Source: a bacterium (lineage in GTDB: Bacteria > CAIWAD01). From it: a DNA stretch of 64,000 nucleotides. The DNA lies in contig JAUXWS010000059.1 in NCBI GenBank assembly GCA_030685015.1, positions 87,052-151,051 on the forward strand. The letters run 5' to 3'. The notes beneath the pieces are model-generated. The model saw only the letters and a list, made by a program, of their open reading frames with translations, did not search any database and was not told where the DNA came from. The position numbers and the translations under genes are program-made. Below, piece after piece: positions 18,018-27,000 of the stretch; position 1 is the stretch's first letter, and each line of letters begins with the position of its first letter.

Positions 18018-18190
18018 TCCATGAGTCCGTTCAGTGAACCCAAAAGCCTGCCGGGCTTGGACCTTCGACGGGATCACGCCCATGTCGAGGACCATACGGT
18101 GGGGGAATCGCGTCGCGTAACGGCACTTACTCGCAAGGAAACCGCGTCGAGAGGGGCCGACTGGCTCCCGGCCCCTGGTGGGAGATCATT

Positions 18191-21100
18191 ATGCCTTGCA
18201 GGTTGATCCCATTTTTCGCCCTCCTGCTTGTCCTGGTCGGTACCGCCCGGGTCCGGGCCGAGGGCTGGCAGGCCCGGGCGCAAGACTGGCACATGAAGCT
18301 GGTGGCCGAGGACGACCAGGGTTTGACCCTCAGCCTTCAGTTGGAGGAGAGCTTGGCCAAGGAGCTGGCGGATGGCCGCTTGCGGCCGGAGGCGCGGGGC
18401 GAGGACGATCCGCCCCTCGTCCTGGGCCGCTGGATCGCGCTGCCCGCCTCCGCCGTGGCGGATGTGGAGCCGGTGTCCCAGCTCTGGTCCCGGGCAAGCC
18501 CGGCGGGATCGCTTGACTGCTGCGATTTGTCGGCGCCCGTGCAGCGTCTGGGACAGCGCATGGCCAGCCTGGGCATCCAGCCCGTGGCCGATGACGGGAC
18601 CGTGCTGCTCGAGATGACCCTGCGCATCCGCTTCGTGGGGGGAGAGGCCGCCCAGCCTGGCGCCGTGCCCCGCGCCGGGTCGTGGCTGCAACTGGAGCGG
18701 GCCGGACGCCAGGTGCTTAATCCGGGCTTGACCCTGCGTCAACTGGCCGGACGCACGGCGGATCTGCCCCTGGGCCGTTATCTGGTGGTGGGCAAGGAGG
18801 CGTCCCTGACCTACATGGCGAACTGGGCCGCCTGGCGCCGCCAGCAGGGCTTCGAGGTCGCCCTTGTCTCCAGCGAGTCCCTGGGCGTGACCGGCAATTA
18901 CTGGGCGCCCATCCGCGACGCGGCCCAGGCCATGGCCGCGGACGAGGGGTTGGATTACCTGCTCCTGATCGGCGACATGAACATCGACCAATCCGGCTAT
19001 CATCTGCCCGGCGACCTGGTGCCCGGCGGCCAGTACGCGGAAACGAACTGGGGACGGCGCATCGTCAGCGATCACACCCTGGCCCTGCTGGAGGGGGACG
19101 ACTACTTCGCCGACGTGCTGGTGGGGCGCTTCTCCGCCGACAACGCCACCCAGGTCTCAATCATGGCCAGCCGCGCCCTGCTCTACGACCAGCAGCCGAC
19201 GGTGTCGGGGGATGCCTGGCTGAGCAAGGCCCTCATGGTCTACGACGTGGCGGGCGCCGCCAGCCGGCGCGAGACCTCCTTGTCCATCCGACAGCACCTG
19301 ATGGCGCGGGGAATTGCTCCCGTGGACACCATCCGCAACAACCGCTACACAAATCCGCAATCGCCCACCCTGGTCACCAATGCCATCAATGACGGCCGGG
19401 TGGTGGTGAACTACCGCGGTTACGGCTATCGCTATTCCTGGAACGGGCCGCTCTTCGGCGTGAGCAACATCAACCAGTTGTCCAACTACGGGCGGTGGCC
19501 GCTGGTGACCAGCATCGTCTGCGGGGGCGGGGATTTCGCCAGCGCCAATTACGACCCCTGCCTGGGCGAGGCCTTCCTGCGCGTGGGCTCGACCTCCGAG
19601 CCGAAAGGGGCCGTGGCCTTCATCGGGCCCTCCGAGGAGGACACCCACACCAGGTGGAACAACACCATCAACATGGGGATCTACCAAGGCCTGCTCGAAG
19701 AGGGCATCCGTGACGTGGGGGCCTTGATGGATCGCGGCAAGGCCGAGCTGTGGCACTGCTTTCCCAACCACCGCACCCAGATCTGGCACGACCCCGGCTC
19801 CCCCAGCCAGACGACGAACGCACCCTTCTACTTCTACTGCTACAACCTGTTGGGCGACCCCGGCACCCGCCTGCGGCTGGGCAGCCAGCGCACAGTGGCC
19901 CAACCCGCCTGGACGCCGCCGCCGGCGGGCTCCACCCAGCTCGAGCTGATGGTGAGCGACACGGAGGGACAGCCCGGCGCCGAGTTGTGGGTCTGCCTGA
20001 GCGGATCCGACAACCGCCGTCTGGCCCTGGCGCGGACGGATGCGGACGGACGGGCCGTGCTGGATTTCGCGCCGCTGGCCGTTGAGGCCTCCCACCTCGT
20101 CATCCACGGGGATGACTGGATCCCCCTCGATCTGGAGTTCACGCCCGCCCCGGCTGGATCCAACCTGGTCCTGCTGAACTGGTCCGCCGCGGCGGAGGAT
20201 AGCCTGCTGGCGGCCGGCGACGAGTTCGCCCTGGCGCTGAGGCTGCGTGAGGCCGGCGTGGCCGGCAGTCCGGCCGGGCGACGGCTCTCCGTCGAGGCGC
20301 TGGACGACGGACTGACCGTGCTGGTGGACGAGATGGACTTGCCCGCCCTGGCCTCCGGGGAGATCCTGGAAACGGAAGGGATGGCCCTGCGGCTTGCCCC
20401 CAGTGTGGAGCATGGCCGGGAACTGCCCATGCGCCTGACCTTGCGCGAGGCGGCGGGCGAGCTCCTGTGGGAACGGAGGCTGGTGGCCGTGGCGGCGGGG
20501 GCGAGGCCCGAGCTGCTGCAGTTGCAGACCTTGCCGCCCACGCCCGTGCCGGGGGCGGTGGTGGAGCTGCTCCTGACCTTCCGCAATGCGGGCCCGCTGC
20601 TCCTGGATGCCAACAGCTGCCGCCTCTTTCCATCCAGTACCGCCTGCACGATGTTGGACGCCGACGCCGCCCTCGACCCGCTGGAACCGGGCGCCGAGGG
20701 TGCCGCCTCCTTCCGCCTGCTGCTGGCGTCCGGCGTGCTGCCCGGGGCGCGACTCAACCTGGAACTCGTTTGCTTCCGCGCCGACCACTCCATGGCGGCC
20801 CGCCTGCCCATCACCCTGGCCGTGGGGGAGGCCGGCCCCACGGATCCGGTGGGCCCTGACGACCACGGCTATCTCATCTACCATCACGGCGACAGCTCGC
20901 CGCGGGCCCCCGTCTACGACTACCACGACATCACACAGCTGGGGACCGAGCTTCCCATGAACGACGAGGGCGCCATCTTCAACGATGACGGCGTGGACGG
21001 AGTCAGCCGCGTGCTGCCCCTGCCCTTCCCCTTTCGCTTCTACGGCGTGGACTACGACACGATCACGGTCTGCTCCAACGGCTGGATCGCCATGGGCGCG

Positions 21101-21841
21101 CAGCCGGATCACATCATCGGCCTCAACACGCCCATCCCCGCGGCCCAGGGGCCGGCCGCCATGGTCGCCGTGTTCTGGACCGACCTCTACAACTACTACG
21201 GCGGCTCCCGCTTCGGCCGCTGCTACCGCCATCACGACGAAGCGGAGCACACCTTCACGATCCAGTGGAACAACTTCCACCACACGGGCCATCCCTACCA
21301 GGACAACTGGTTCCAAGCCGTGCTGCGGGATCCCGCCTGGTGGCCCACGCCCACCAGCGACGGCGAGATCCTGCTGCAGTATCAGGACATCGTCACCACC
21401 TTCGGCGAACACATCTTCACGGTGGGGGTGGAGCGCCCGGACGAGGCGGCCGGGCTGCAGTACACCTTCAACGGCCAGTACCCGCCCGCCGGGCAGCCCG
21501 TCACCAGCCAGACGGCCCTGCTCATCACCACCGCGGAGCGCTTCGAGGAGACAGCCCTGCCAGCCGGGGAGCGCCCCCGCGCCCTGGCCATGGCGCCGGC
21601 CGCCCCCAATCCCTTCAATCCGGAGACCATCATCCGGCTGGAGCTGCCCAGCGCCGCTCCACTCCAGCTCAGCGTCTACAACCTTCGGGGCGAGCTGGTG
21701 CGACGGCTCCACAACGGCCCGGTGGCGGCCGGGCACCGCCAGTTCCGCTTTCACGCCGGCGGCCTGGCGGGCGGCGTCTATCTGGTGGAGGCGCGACAAG
21801 GAGGACACCACGTCGTGCAACGTGTGCTCCTCTTGCCCTGA
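18191..21841 (+). CDS. Peptidase C25 (gingipain) family protein with Ig-like domains and FlgD-Ig/T9SS-type C-terminal domain
   Basis: Signal peptide; YLLLIGD, SD..LEGDDYFADVLVGRFS, NYRGYG, SIVC, GEAFLR..GAVAFIGPS, YNLLGDP; GPDDHGY domain; PNPFNP C-terminal domain. Confidence 0.85.
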   Translation: MPCRLIPFFALLLVLVGTARVRAEGWQARAQDWHMKLVAEDDQGLTLSLQLEESLAKELADGRLRPEARGEDDPPLVLGRWIALPASAVADVEPVSQLWSRASPAGSLDCCDLSAPVQRLGQRMASLGIQPVADDGTVLLEMTLRIRFVGGEAAQPGAVPRAGSWLQLERAGRQVLNPGLTLRQLAGRTADLPLGRYLVVGKEASLTYMANWAAWRRQQGFEVALVSSESLGVTGNYWAPIRDAAQAMAADEGLDYLLLIGDMNIDQSGYHLPGDLVPGGQYAETNWGRRIVSDHTLALLEGDDYFADVLVGRFSADNATQVSIMASRALLYDQQPTVSGDAWLSKALMVYDVAGAASRRETSLSIRQHLMARGIAPVDTIRNNRYTNPQSPTLVTNAINDGRVVVNYRGYGYRYSWNGPLFGVSNINQLSNYGRWPLVTSIVCGGGDFASANYDPCLGEAFLRVGSTSEPKGAVAFIGPSEEDTHTRWNNTINMGIYQGLLEEGIRDVGALMDRGKAELWHCFPNHRTQIWHDPGSPSQTTNAPFYFYCYNLLGDPGTRLRLGSQRTVAQPAWTPPPAGSTQLELMVSDTEGQPGAELWVCLSGSDNRRLALARTDADGRAVLDFAPLAVEASHLVIHGDDWIPLDLEFTPAPAGSNLVLLNWSAAAEDSLLAAGDEFALALRLREAGVAGSPAGRRLSVEALDDGLTVLVDEMDLPALASGEILETEGMALRLAPSVEHGRELPMRLTLREAAGELLWERRLVAVAAGARPELLQLQTLPPTPVPGAVVELLLTFRNAGPLLLDANSCRLFPSSTACTMLDADAALDPLEPGAEGAASFRLLLASGVLPGARLNLELVCFRADHSMAARLPITLAVGEAGPTDPVGPDDHGYLIYHHGDSSPRAPVYDYHDITQLGTELPMNDEGAIFNDDGVDGVSRVLPLPFPFRFYGVDYDTITVCSNGWIAMGAQPDHIIGLNTPIPAAQGPAAMVAVFWTDLYNYYGGSRFGRCYRHHDEAEHTFTIQWNNFHHTGHPYQDNWFQAVLRDPAWWPTPTSDGEILLQYQDIVTTFGEHIFTVGVERPDEAAGLQYTFNGQYPPAGQPVTSQTALLITTAERFEETALPAGERPRALAMAPAAPNPFNPETIIRLELPSAAPLQLSVYNLRGELVRRLHNGPVAAGHRQFRFHAGGLAGGVYLVEARQGGHHVVQRVLLLP

Positions 21842-22156
21842 GCGTGCTTTTCATGCTGTGTGCGGCAAGGGTCGGCGCCGATGGTGACGGCCCTTTCCTT
21901 CACATGATTCCGCTGGTCGGACCTTCCCCCATTCAGTACCTTCGAATGCCAGCGTCCCCCCCGCGCTGGATCTCTTTCGGGCTTGGATCCTGGACGGAGT
22001 TCGCGCATGGCTGGATCCCGCCACTCCAGTCTTGCCGGGCCGGCCGGCGTCAAGACCAGGGACTTCGCCATGCTCCGACGGGATGAATGGAACGGACCAT
22101 TCAGGCCAAGCCGGCCATGTCCCTGACAGCACAGAAGCTCCAGAGTTGAAGCAGAG

Positions 22157-24694
22157 GTGCAAGTGGGCCACCTTCCCACAGAAGACTGGGCCGCAAGCCG
22201 GAACCCGTCGCCCGGGAAGGTCGATCCAGGCCCTGTCGCTCTTCTGGAGCTGCCCCGGCGCCGGCTCTTCATCTTCGGTGGCCTGTTCCGCCTGATGGCT
22301 ATCAGCCTGCTGTGCATCGCCACCGTGGCCCTGCTGGCGGGAGCGCTGATGGAGTTTGCGCTGTCCCCCGGGGTGGGCTGGCTGGCCAGGCCCTTTGACA
22401 CGAGCACCCACTTCGGCAAGGTGGAGCTGGCCGAGCTGACCGGCGACGACGGCCTGGACCGACTTCTCAACAGCGAGCCGCGGTCCTCCGAACCCCCCTC
22501 CCTCAAGATTGTCTCGACCACGCCGACGCAGGCCCGCCCGAACCGCCAGCTCTACCTGGCGGGCAAGGTCATGCTGGGGGGCGTCGTGACGGCCCGCGCG
22601 ACCGATGGCAGCCGGTGGATCGCCGCCTTGTCCACCAGCGGCGACAGCACGACGATCCTGCTCAACCTGTTCCGGGCCGACTCGACCGGGGAGAGCAAGC
22701 CCTTCTGGCAGGGCGTGCTGTTCTCCCCGGCCCACCACCCCCATTCCTGGCGGGATGTGCCGCGCCTGACCAGCATGCGCTTCCATCAGTCGGAAGGCCG
22801 CGGGTGCGCCCTGCTCTCCGTGGGCGCGGCCTTCCAGGGATGGCGGGGCGTGGTGCGGCTGGAATTGACATCCGGCGCCGTCACCGTGGAGCGCCACCCC
22901 TGCGGCCTGGAGATCCACTTTCCGCCAGGACCGTCCCTGGTGGATGAGGAGGGCCGGTCCTGGCTGGCCCTGAGCAGTTTCGCGCCCCACAACGGCAACG
23001 ACCTGGGTGGCATCAACGACACATGCGCCGCCCTCCTGCTTTTCTCGCCGCACGACGGCCGCTTCCGCGTGATCGACACGGGCGATAAACACAATTCGCT
23101 TCAGGTCCAGGTCCTGCCCGACCAGCGGCATCTCGTCTTTCATTCGCGCCAGGAGATCAAGTTGCCGGATGGACGCCGCGGGCACGCCTTCCTTTTGGAC
23201 AGCTGGGCGGAGCGGGTGCTGCGGACCTGGTGGATACCAACGCTGAAGGCCCTGTGGCTGGCCGGGGACGACCGGGAAGACAGGAGCGCCAGTCCTGCGC
23301 TGCATGGCCTGGCCGGGACCCGGGTGGTGGCGTTGGCGGCGGCGGATTCGGCCAGGACACTGTGGGAATGGCCGCCGGAATGGGCCTTGCCGTCCTACCG
23401 GGACGGCTGGCTGGTCGGCGACGAGGGGGCGGGGACCAGCAGGGTGATCAGCCTGGATGGCCGCCAGCGGGTCGTAGTGCGCTACGCCGGATCCGGCCAC
23501 CTGCGCATGGAATCCCGCGGTTCCAGTCTGGACGACGCCCTGGCCCATGTGGTGCAGGGATCCTCCATCACTTCTTTCACCTTGCACGCCGTGCCGGTCT
23601 GGAGCCGCCTGCTGCGCAGCCCGGCCACGCGCCTGTCGGCCGAGGTGGCGGCTTTCTTCTTCCTGCTGCTGCTGGTTTTGCGCTTGCGCCGCCAGGACAA
23701 CCTGCTGCGCGGCATCCTGGACGACAACTCCCAGCCGGTGGGGCTGCTGGATCCCCAAGGACGCCTCACCTTCGCCAACCAGGAGTTGCGTCGTCTGCTG
23801 ACGGATCCACAGCAGGGACCCGCCTTGAGTACGCTGGCAAAACGCCTCCGTCCCGGTACCGGCGAGTTGCATCAATCGGGTGAGCGCTGGATGCGCTGGC
23901 TCCTGCGGCCCGTCCGCCCCGGCAGGCAGGAGGTGGGGAGCGTCATCTTCGGCATCGACGAAACGGCCCTGGTGGCCGCCGAGGACGGGCGCCGCTACCG
24001 GTCCCTGACCGGTCTGATCACCCACGAGCTGAAGACGCCCATCGCGCCCATCGGCCTGGGCCTGGACCAGCTGCAGCGCGAGGTTGAGCGCGCCCTGCAA
24101 CCCATGCCGGAGGGATTGCAGCGGATCATCGGCCGCATGCGGGCGGAGTTGGATCGCTTGCGCCAGTTGATCCGACACTTCACCGCCATCTCCGGCGAGC
24201 GCCGCCATCGGGAGAGAGTGGACCTGGTGGCGGCTCTGGCCGCGGGCGCCCGGCGCGCCGAATTGGCCGGCATGCCCGGAATCCAGTGCAGCTGGCACCT
24301 GCCCGACAAGGCGGAGGTGGTGGGCGACGCCGAAACCCTGGCCCTCGTCTTCGGCAGCCTGTTCAACAACGCCGTTGAAGCCATGGAGCACCGGGGCCGC
24401 CTGATGATCGGCCTGGTGCCGGCCAGCGACATGGCCACGAGCGGTTGGACGATCTTCATCGAGGACACGGGGCGCGGCGTGCCCGCCGAGATCCGGCACC
24501 GCATCTGGGAGCCGGGCTTCAGTTCGAGGCGGGGGGGCTATGGCTACGGCCTCTACTTCGCCCGCCACCTGTTGCAGGACCTGGGCGGCCAGATCAGCCT
24601 CGACCCCTCGGCGGCGGGGGGCACCCTGGTCCGCATCGATCTGCCGCAGGCTCCCGCTGGGCTGGAGCCGTCGGACAAGCTGGAGGACGTCTGA
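22157..24694 (+). CDS. Membrane sensor histidine kinase with large extracytoplasmic domain and PAS-like domain
   Basis: Two TM segments; H-box THELKTPI; N-box LFNNAVEA; G1 DTGRG; G2 GYGYGL. Start uncertain (GTG 22157 or ATG 22295). Confidence 0.9.
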   Translation: MQVGHLPTEDWAASRNPSPGKVDPGPVALLELPRRRLFIFGGLFRLMAISLLCIATVALLAGALMEFALSPGVGWLARPFDTSTHFGKVELAELTGDDGLDRLLNSEPRSSEPPSLKIVSTTPTQARPNRQLYLAGKVMLGGVVTARATDGSRWIAALSTSGDSTTILLNLFRADSTGESKPFWQGVLFSPAHHPHSWRDVPRLTSMRFHQSEGRGCALLSVGAAFQGWRGVVRLELTSGAVTVERHPCGLEIHFPPGPSLVDEEGRSWLALSSFAPHNGNDLGGINDTCAALLLFSPHDGRFRVIDTGDKHNSLQVQVLPDQRHLVFHSRQEIKLPDGRRGHAFLLDSWAERVLRTWWIPTLKALWLAGDDREDRSASPALHGLAGTRVVALAAADSARTLWEWPPEWALPSYRDGWLVGDEGAGTSRVISLDGRQRVVVRYAGSGHLRMESRGSSLDDALAHVVQGSSITSFTLHAVPVWSRLLRSPATRLSAEVAAFFFLLLLVLRLRRQDNLLRGILDDNSQPVGLLDPQGRLTFANQELRRLLTDPQQGPALSTLAKRLRPGTGELHQSGERWMRWLLRPVRPGRQEVGSVIFGIDETALVAAEDGRRYRSLTGLITHELKTPIAPIGLGLDQLQREVERALQPMPEGLQRIIGRMRAELDRLRQLIRHFTAISGERRHRERVDLVAALAAGARRAELAGMPGIQCSWHLPDKAEVVGDAETLALVFGSLFNNAVEAMEHRGRLMIGLVPASDMATSGWTIFIEDTGRGVPAEIRHRIWEPGFSSRRGGYGYGLYFARHLLQDLGGQISLDPSAAGGTLVRIDLPQAPAGLEPSDKLEDV

Positions 24695-26106
24695 TGGGAG
24701 CGCCCCACATCCTGATCCTCGAGGACAACCGCAACGTGGCGGAGTCCTTGCGCGAGTCCCTCTGCAGTGAAGGCTACGTGGTGGGGCTCGCCCAGGATGC
24801 CGCCCAGGCCCGTCGCCAGACACAGGATCGGGTGCCCGATCTGCTGCTGCTGGACATCGGCCTGTCCGGCGCCCACCAAGGCGGCCTGGACTTCCTGCGT
24901 GAGCTGCGCCCGCGGGCGCCCCGCCTGCCGGTCGTGGTCGTTTCCGGCAAGGACACCACGGAGAACTTGCTGGAGGCCGGGCGTCTGGGCGTGGTCCAAT
25001 TCCTCTCCAAAAGCGACCTGAACGAGACCATGCTGCTGGACACTGTGCGCAAGGCCCTTGATGCCGCCCGCCCGGACCCGGCCGACGAGCGGCGCGGGGT
25101 GGGTCGCCTGCTGGGGAGCAGTCTCCCCATGCGCCGGCTGCGTGAGCAGATCCTGAACTACGCGCCGCTGGACATGCCGGTGATGATCTCGGGGGAGACG
25201 GGCAGCGGCAAGGAGCTGGTGGCCAAGGCGCTGCACGAGGAGGCTCCCGGCCGTGCCGACCGCCCCCTGACCATTGTCAACTGCGCCGCCATTCCTGAGT
25301 CCATCATCGAGAGCCACCTCTTCGGGCATCGCAAAGGGGCCTTCACCGGCGCCATCCACGACCACCCCGGCATCATCCAGCAGGCCGAAGGCAGCACCCT
25401 CTTCCTGGACGAGGTGGGCGAACTCAGCCACGACGCGCAGAAGCGCCTGCTCCGCTTCCTGGAATCCGGGGAGGTCCAGGCCGTGGGTCAAACAGACTAC
25501 ACCCATGTCCGGGCCCGGGTGGTGACGGCGAGCCATCAGAACCTGTCCCAACGGGCGCTGGAGGGGCGTTTCCGCCCCGACCTGAGATTCCGGCTGGACG
25601 TGCTGAAGCTGAACCTGCCTTCCCTCAGGGAGCGGCGGGAGGACGTGGAGGAACTGGCCCACGTCTTCCTGGATGCGGTCGCCCGGCGCAACAACCTGCC
25701 CACCAGGAGCTTGAGCCGGGCAGCCCTGGGTCTGCTGCAGGACCATGACTGGCCGGGCAACGTGCGGGAGTTGCGCAATCTGATGGATGGCCTGCTGGCG
25801 GGTTCGCGCCACCCGGTGGTGGATGTGGACGAGATCCGTCCCCTCCTGTCCACCATCCACGACCATGGCCACGCCGGACCATGGGACGGAGCCTGGCCGG
25901 GCGGAGCATCCACGGACTCTGTTGGATTCCTCCCACAGAGCGTCGAGGAAATCCAACCCTTGCGCCAATGGCGGCAGGACATCCAGCGGGAGTACATCCA
26001 GCAAGTGCTGCGCCTCTGCCAGGGCAATGTTACACGATGTGCTGAATTGCTAGCGGTGGATCGCACAACTATATACGCATTAATCGGACAGAACCGTGAT
26101 TCATGA
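24694..26106 (+). CDS. Sigma54-dependent NtrC-family response regulator (REC-AAA+-Fis HTH)
   Basis: TGATG overlap with the kinase stop; REC (LEDN..LLLDI..K); GETGSGKE; GAFTGA; LFLDEV; WPGNVREL; C-terminal HTH. Confidence 0.95.
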   Translation: MGAPHILILEDNRNVAESLRESLCSEGYVVGLAQDAAQARRQTQDRVPDLLLLDIGLSGAHQGGLDFLRELRPRAPRLPVVVVSGKDTTENLLEAGRLGVVQFLSKSDLNETMLLDTVRKALDAARPDPADERRGVGRLLGSSLPMRRLREQILNYAPLDMPVMISGETGSGKELVAKALHEEAPGRADRPLTIVNCAAIPESIIESHLFGHRKGAFTGAIHDHPGIIQQAEGSTLFLDEVGELSHDAQKRLLRFLESGEVQAVGQTDYTHVRARVVTASHQNLSQRALEGRFRPDLRFRLDVLKLNLPSLRERREDVEELAHVFLDAVARRNNLPTRSLSRAALGLLQDHDWPGNVRELRNLMDGLLAGSRHPVVDVDEIRPLLSTIHDHGHAGPWDGAWPGGASTDSVGFLPQSVEEIQPLRQWRQDIQREYIQQVLRLCQGNVTRCAELLAVDRTTIYALIGQNRDS

Positions 26107-26153
26107 AAGTAAGTCGGGTCAGAACAGGCTCGCAAGCTGCACAATCCACGTCT

Positions 26154-26168
26154 TGGCACATGTTTTGC
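26154..26168 (+). promoter_or_regulatory. Sigma54 (-24/-12) promoter
   Basis: TGGCAC-ATGTT-TTGC about 50 nt after the activator stop codon. Confidence 0.75.
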
Positions 26169-26180
26169 CAATAACAGCCC

Positions 26181-26341
26181 GTGGTCGGTTCCACCACGTC
26201 ACCGCCCTGGCGCGGGCGGCAGGAAATGGCGTCGTCGCACTCGTCAGGTTGTGGGACTTGAACCGGGGGGCTGCAGCTCACACACTGCACGCAGTGGATG
26301 CGGCGACGCAGGTGGGGCGGACTTCTTGTCCGCCCCTTTTT
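26181..26341 (+). ncRNA. Candidate sigma54-dependent structured small RNA (~160 nt)
   Basis: Bounded by a sigma54 promoter and an intrinsic terminator; hairpins GTGG/CCAC and CCGCCC/GGGCGG; 11-bp helix 26229-26239 with 26299-26309; no credible ORF. Confidence 0.6.
26314..26341 (+). terminator. Rho-independent terminator
   Basis: GGGGCGGAC-TTCTT-GTCCGCCCC followed by TTTTT. Confidence 0.9.
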
Positions 26342-26481
26342 GTGCCCTGGCCACATGATGTATGTGCATCCAGCCGCATTGCAGCAGCTGGGGGCAGGAC
26401 CGAAGATCATGCACAGGCAGGGAGGGGAGGAGAGAAGCGACACCAGGTGGATGCGCCACAACGAAGGGTGGGCGCCCGGCT

Positions 26482-26994
26482 TCACTCTCGCCGGCGGTTG
26501 GCTCCCAGCCAACGCTCAACCAGGTCCTCCTGCTCCGCCGTCTCCACGCTGCCTGGACGCAGGCGGCGGATGCGGGCCAGGGCGGTCGCGCCGTCCAGTC
26601 CCAGCTCACGACCCAGCAGGCAGGCGAGCAGGGTGCCCGTGCGGCCAACACCGGCGGCGCAGTGCAGGGCCAGGACCTGCCCTGGCGGCAGGGTGGAGAA
26701 GAGGCGCCCCAGCTCGTCGGCTTGTTCCAGGGACGGAGCCGTGTAGTCATCGACCGGCAGGTCGATCAGGTGCAGCCCGTCCAAGGTGGCGCGGGCGGCG
26801 GCGGGATAGGCTTCGCCGGTCAGGTTGACCAGTGCGGCGACGCCAGCCTCCCGCAGGAGGGCGGCGACGGCCTCAGGCCCTGCCTCGCGGCGGAAGGGCC
26901 AGCCCAGACCGGCCAGGCGGCCGGGCAGGACGATGGAGAAGTTGAGGCGGCGGGCCAGCGCAGCAGCATCCGGGCGCGCGGTGTCGTCGGTCAT
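26482..26994 (-). CDS. Dual-specificity/protein-tyrosine phosphatase family protein
   Basis: HCAAGVGRTG (CX5R) P-loop, D..AP loop, IRRLRPGSVET..Q. Confidence 0.92.
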   Translation of the reverse strand: MTDDTARPDAAALARRLNFSIVLPGRLAGLGWPFRREAGPEAVAALLREAGVAALVNLTGEAYPAAARATLDGLHLIDLPVDDYTAPSLEQADELGRLFSTLPPGQVLALHCAAGVGRTGTLLACLLGRELGLDGATALARIRRLRPGSVETAEQEDLVERWLGANRRRE

Positions 26995-27000
26995 GACGTG

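Noticed and set aside
21853..22086. Short ORF between the C25 gene and the kinase
   Set aside because: No SD or motif and atypical composition; it is the tail of a shadow frame.
26226..26261. Mini-ORF MASSHSSGCGT-TGA (CxxU-like) inside the candidate sRNA
   Set aside because: No properly spaced SD, no SECIS-like G loop, and the read-through frame crosses a terminator and looks non-protein-like.
26240..26275. Minus-strand GGTTCAAGTCCC resembling a tRNA T-loop (possible tRNA-Sec)
   Set aside because: The flanking bases do not form a T-stem and no cloverleaf or acceptor stem can be built.
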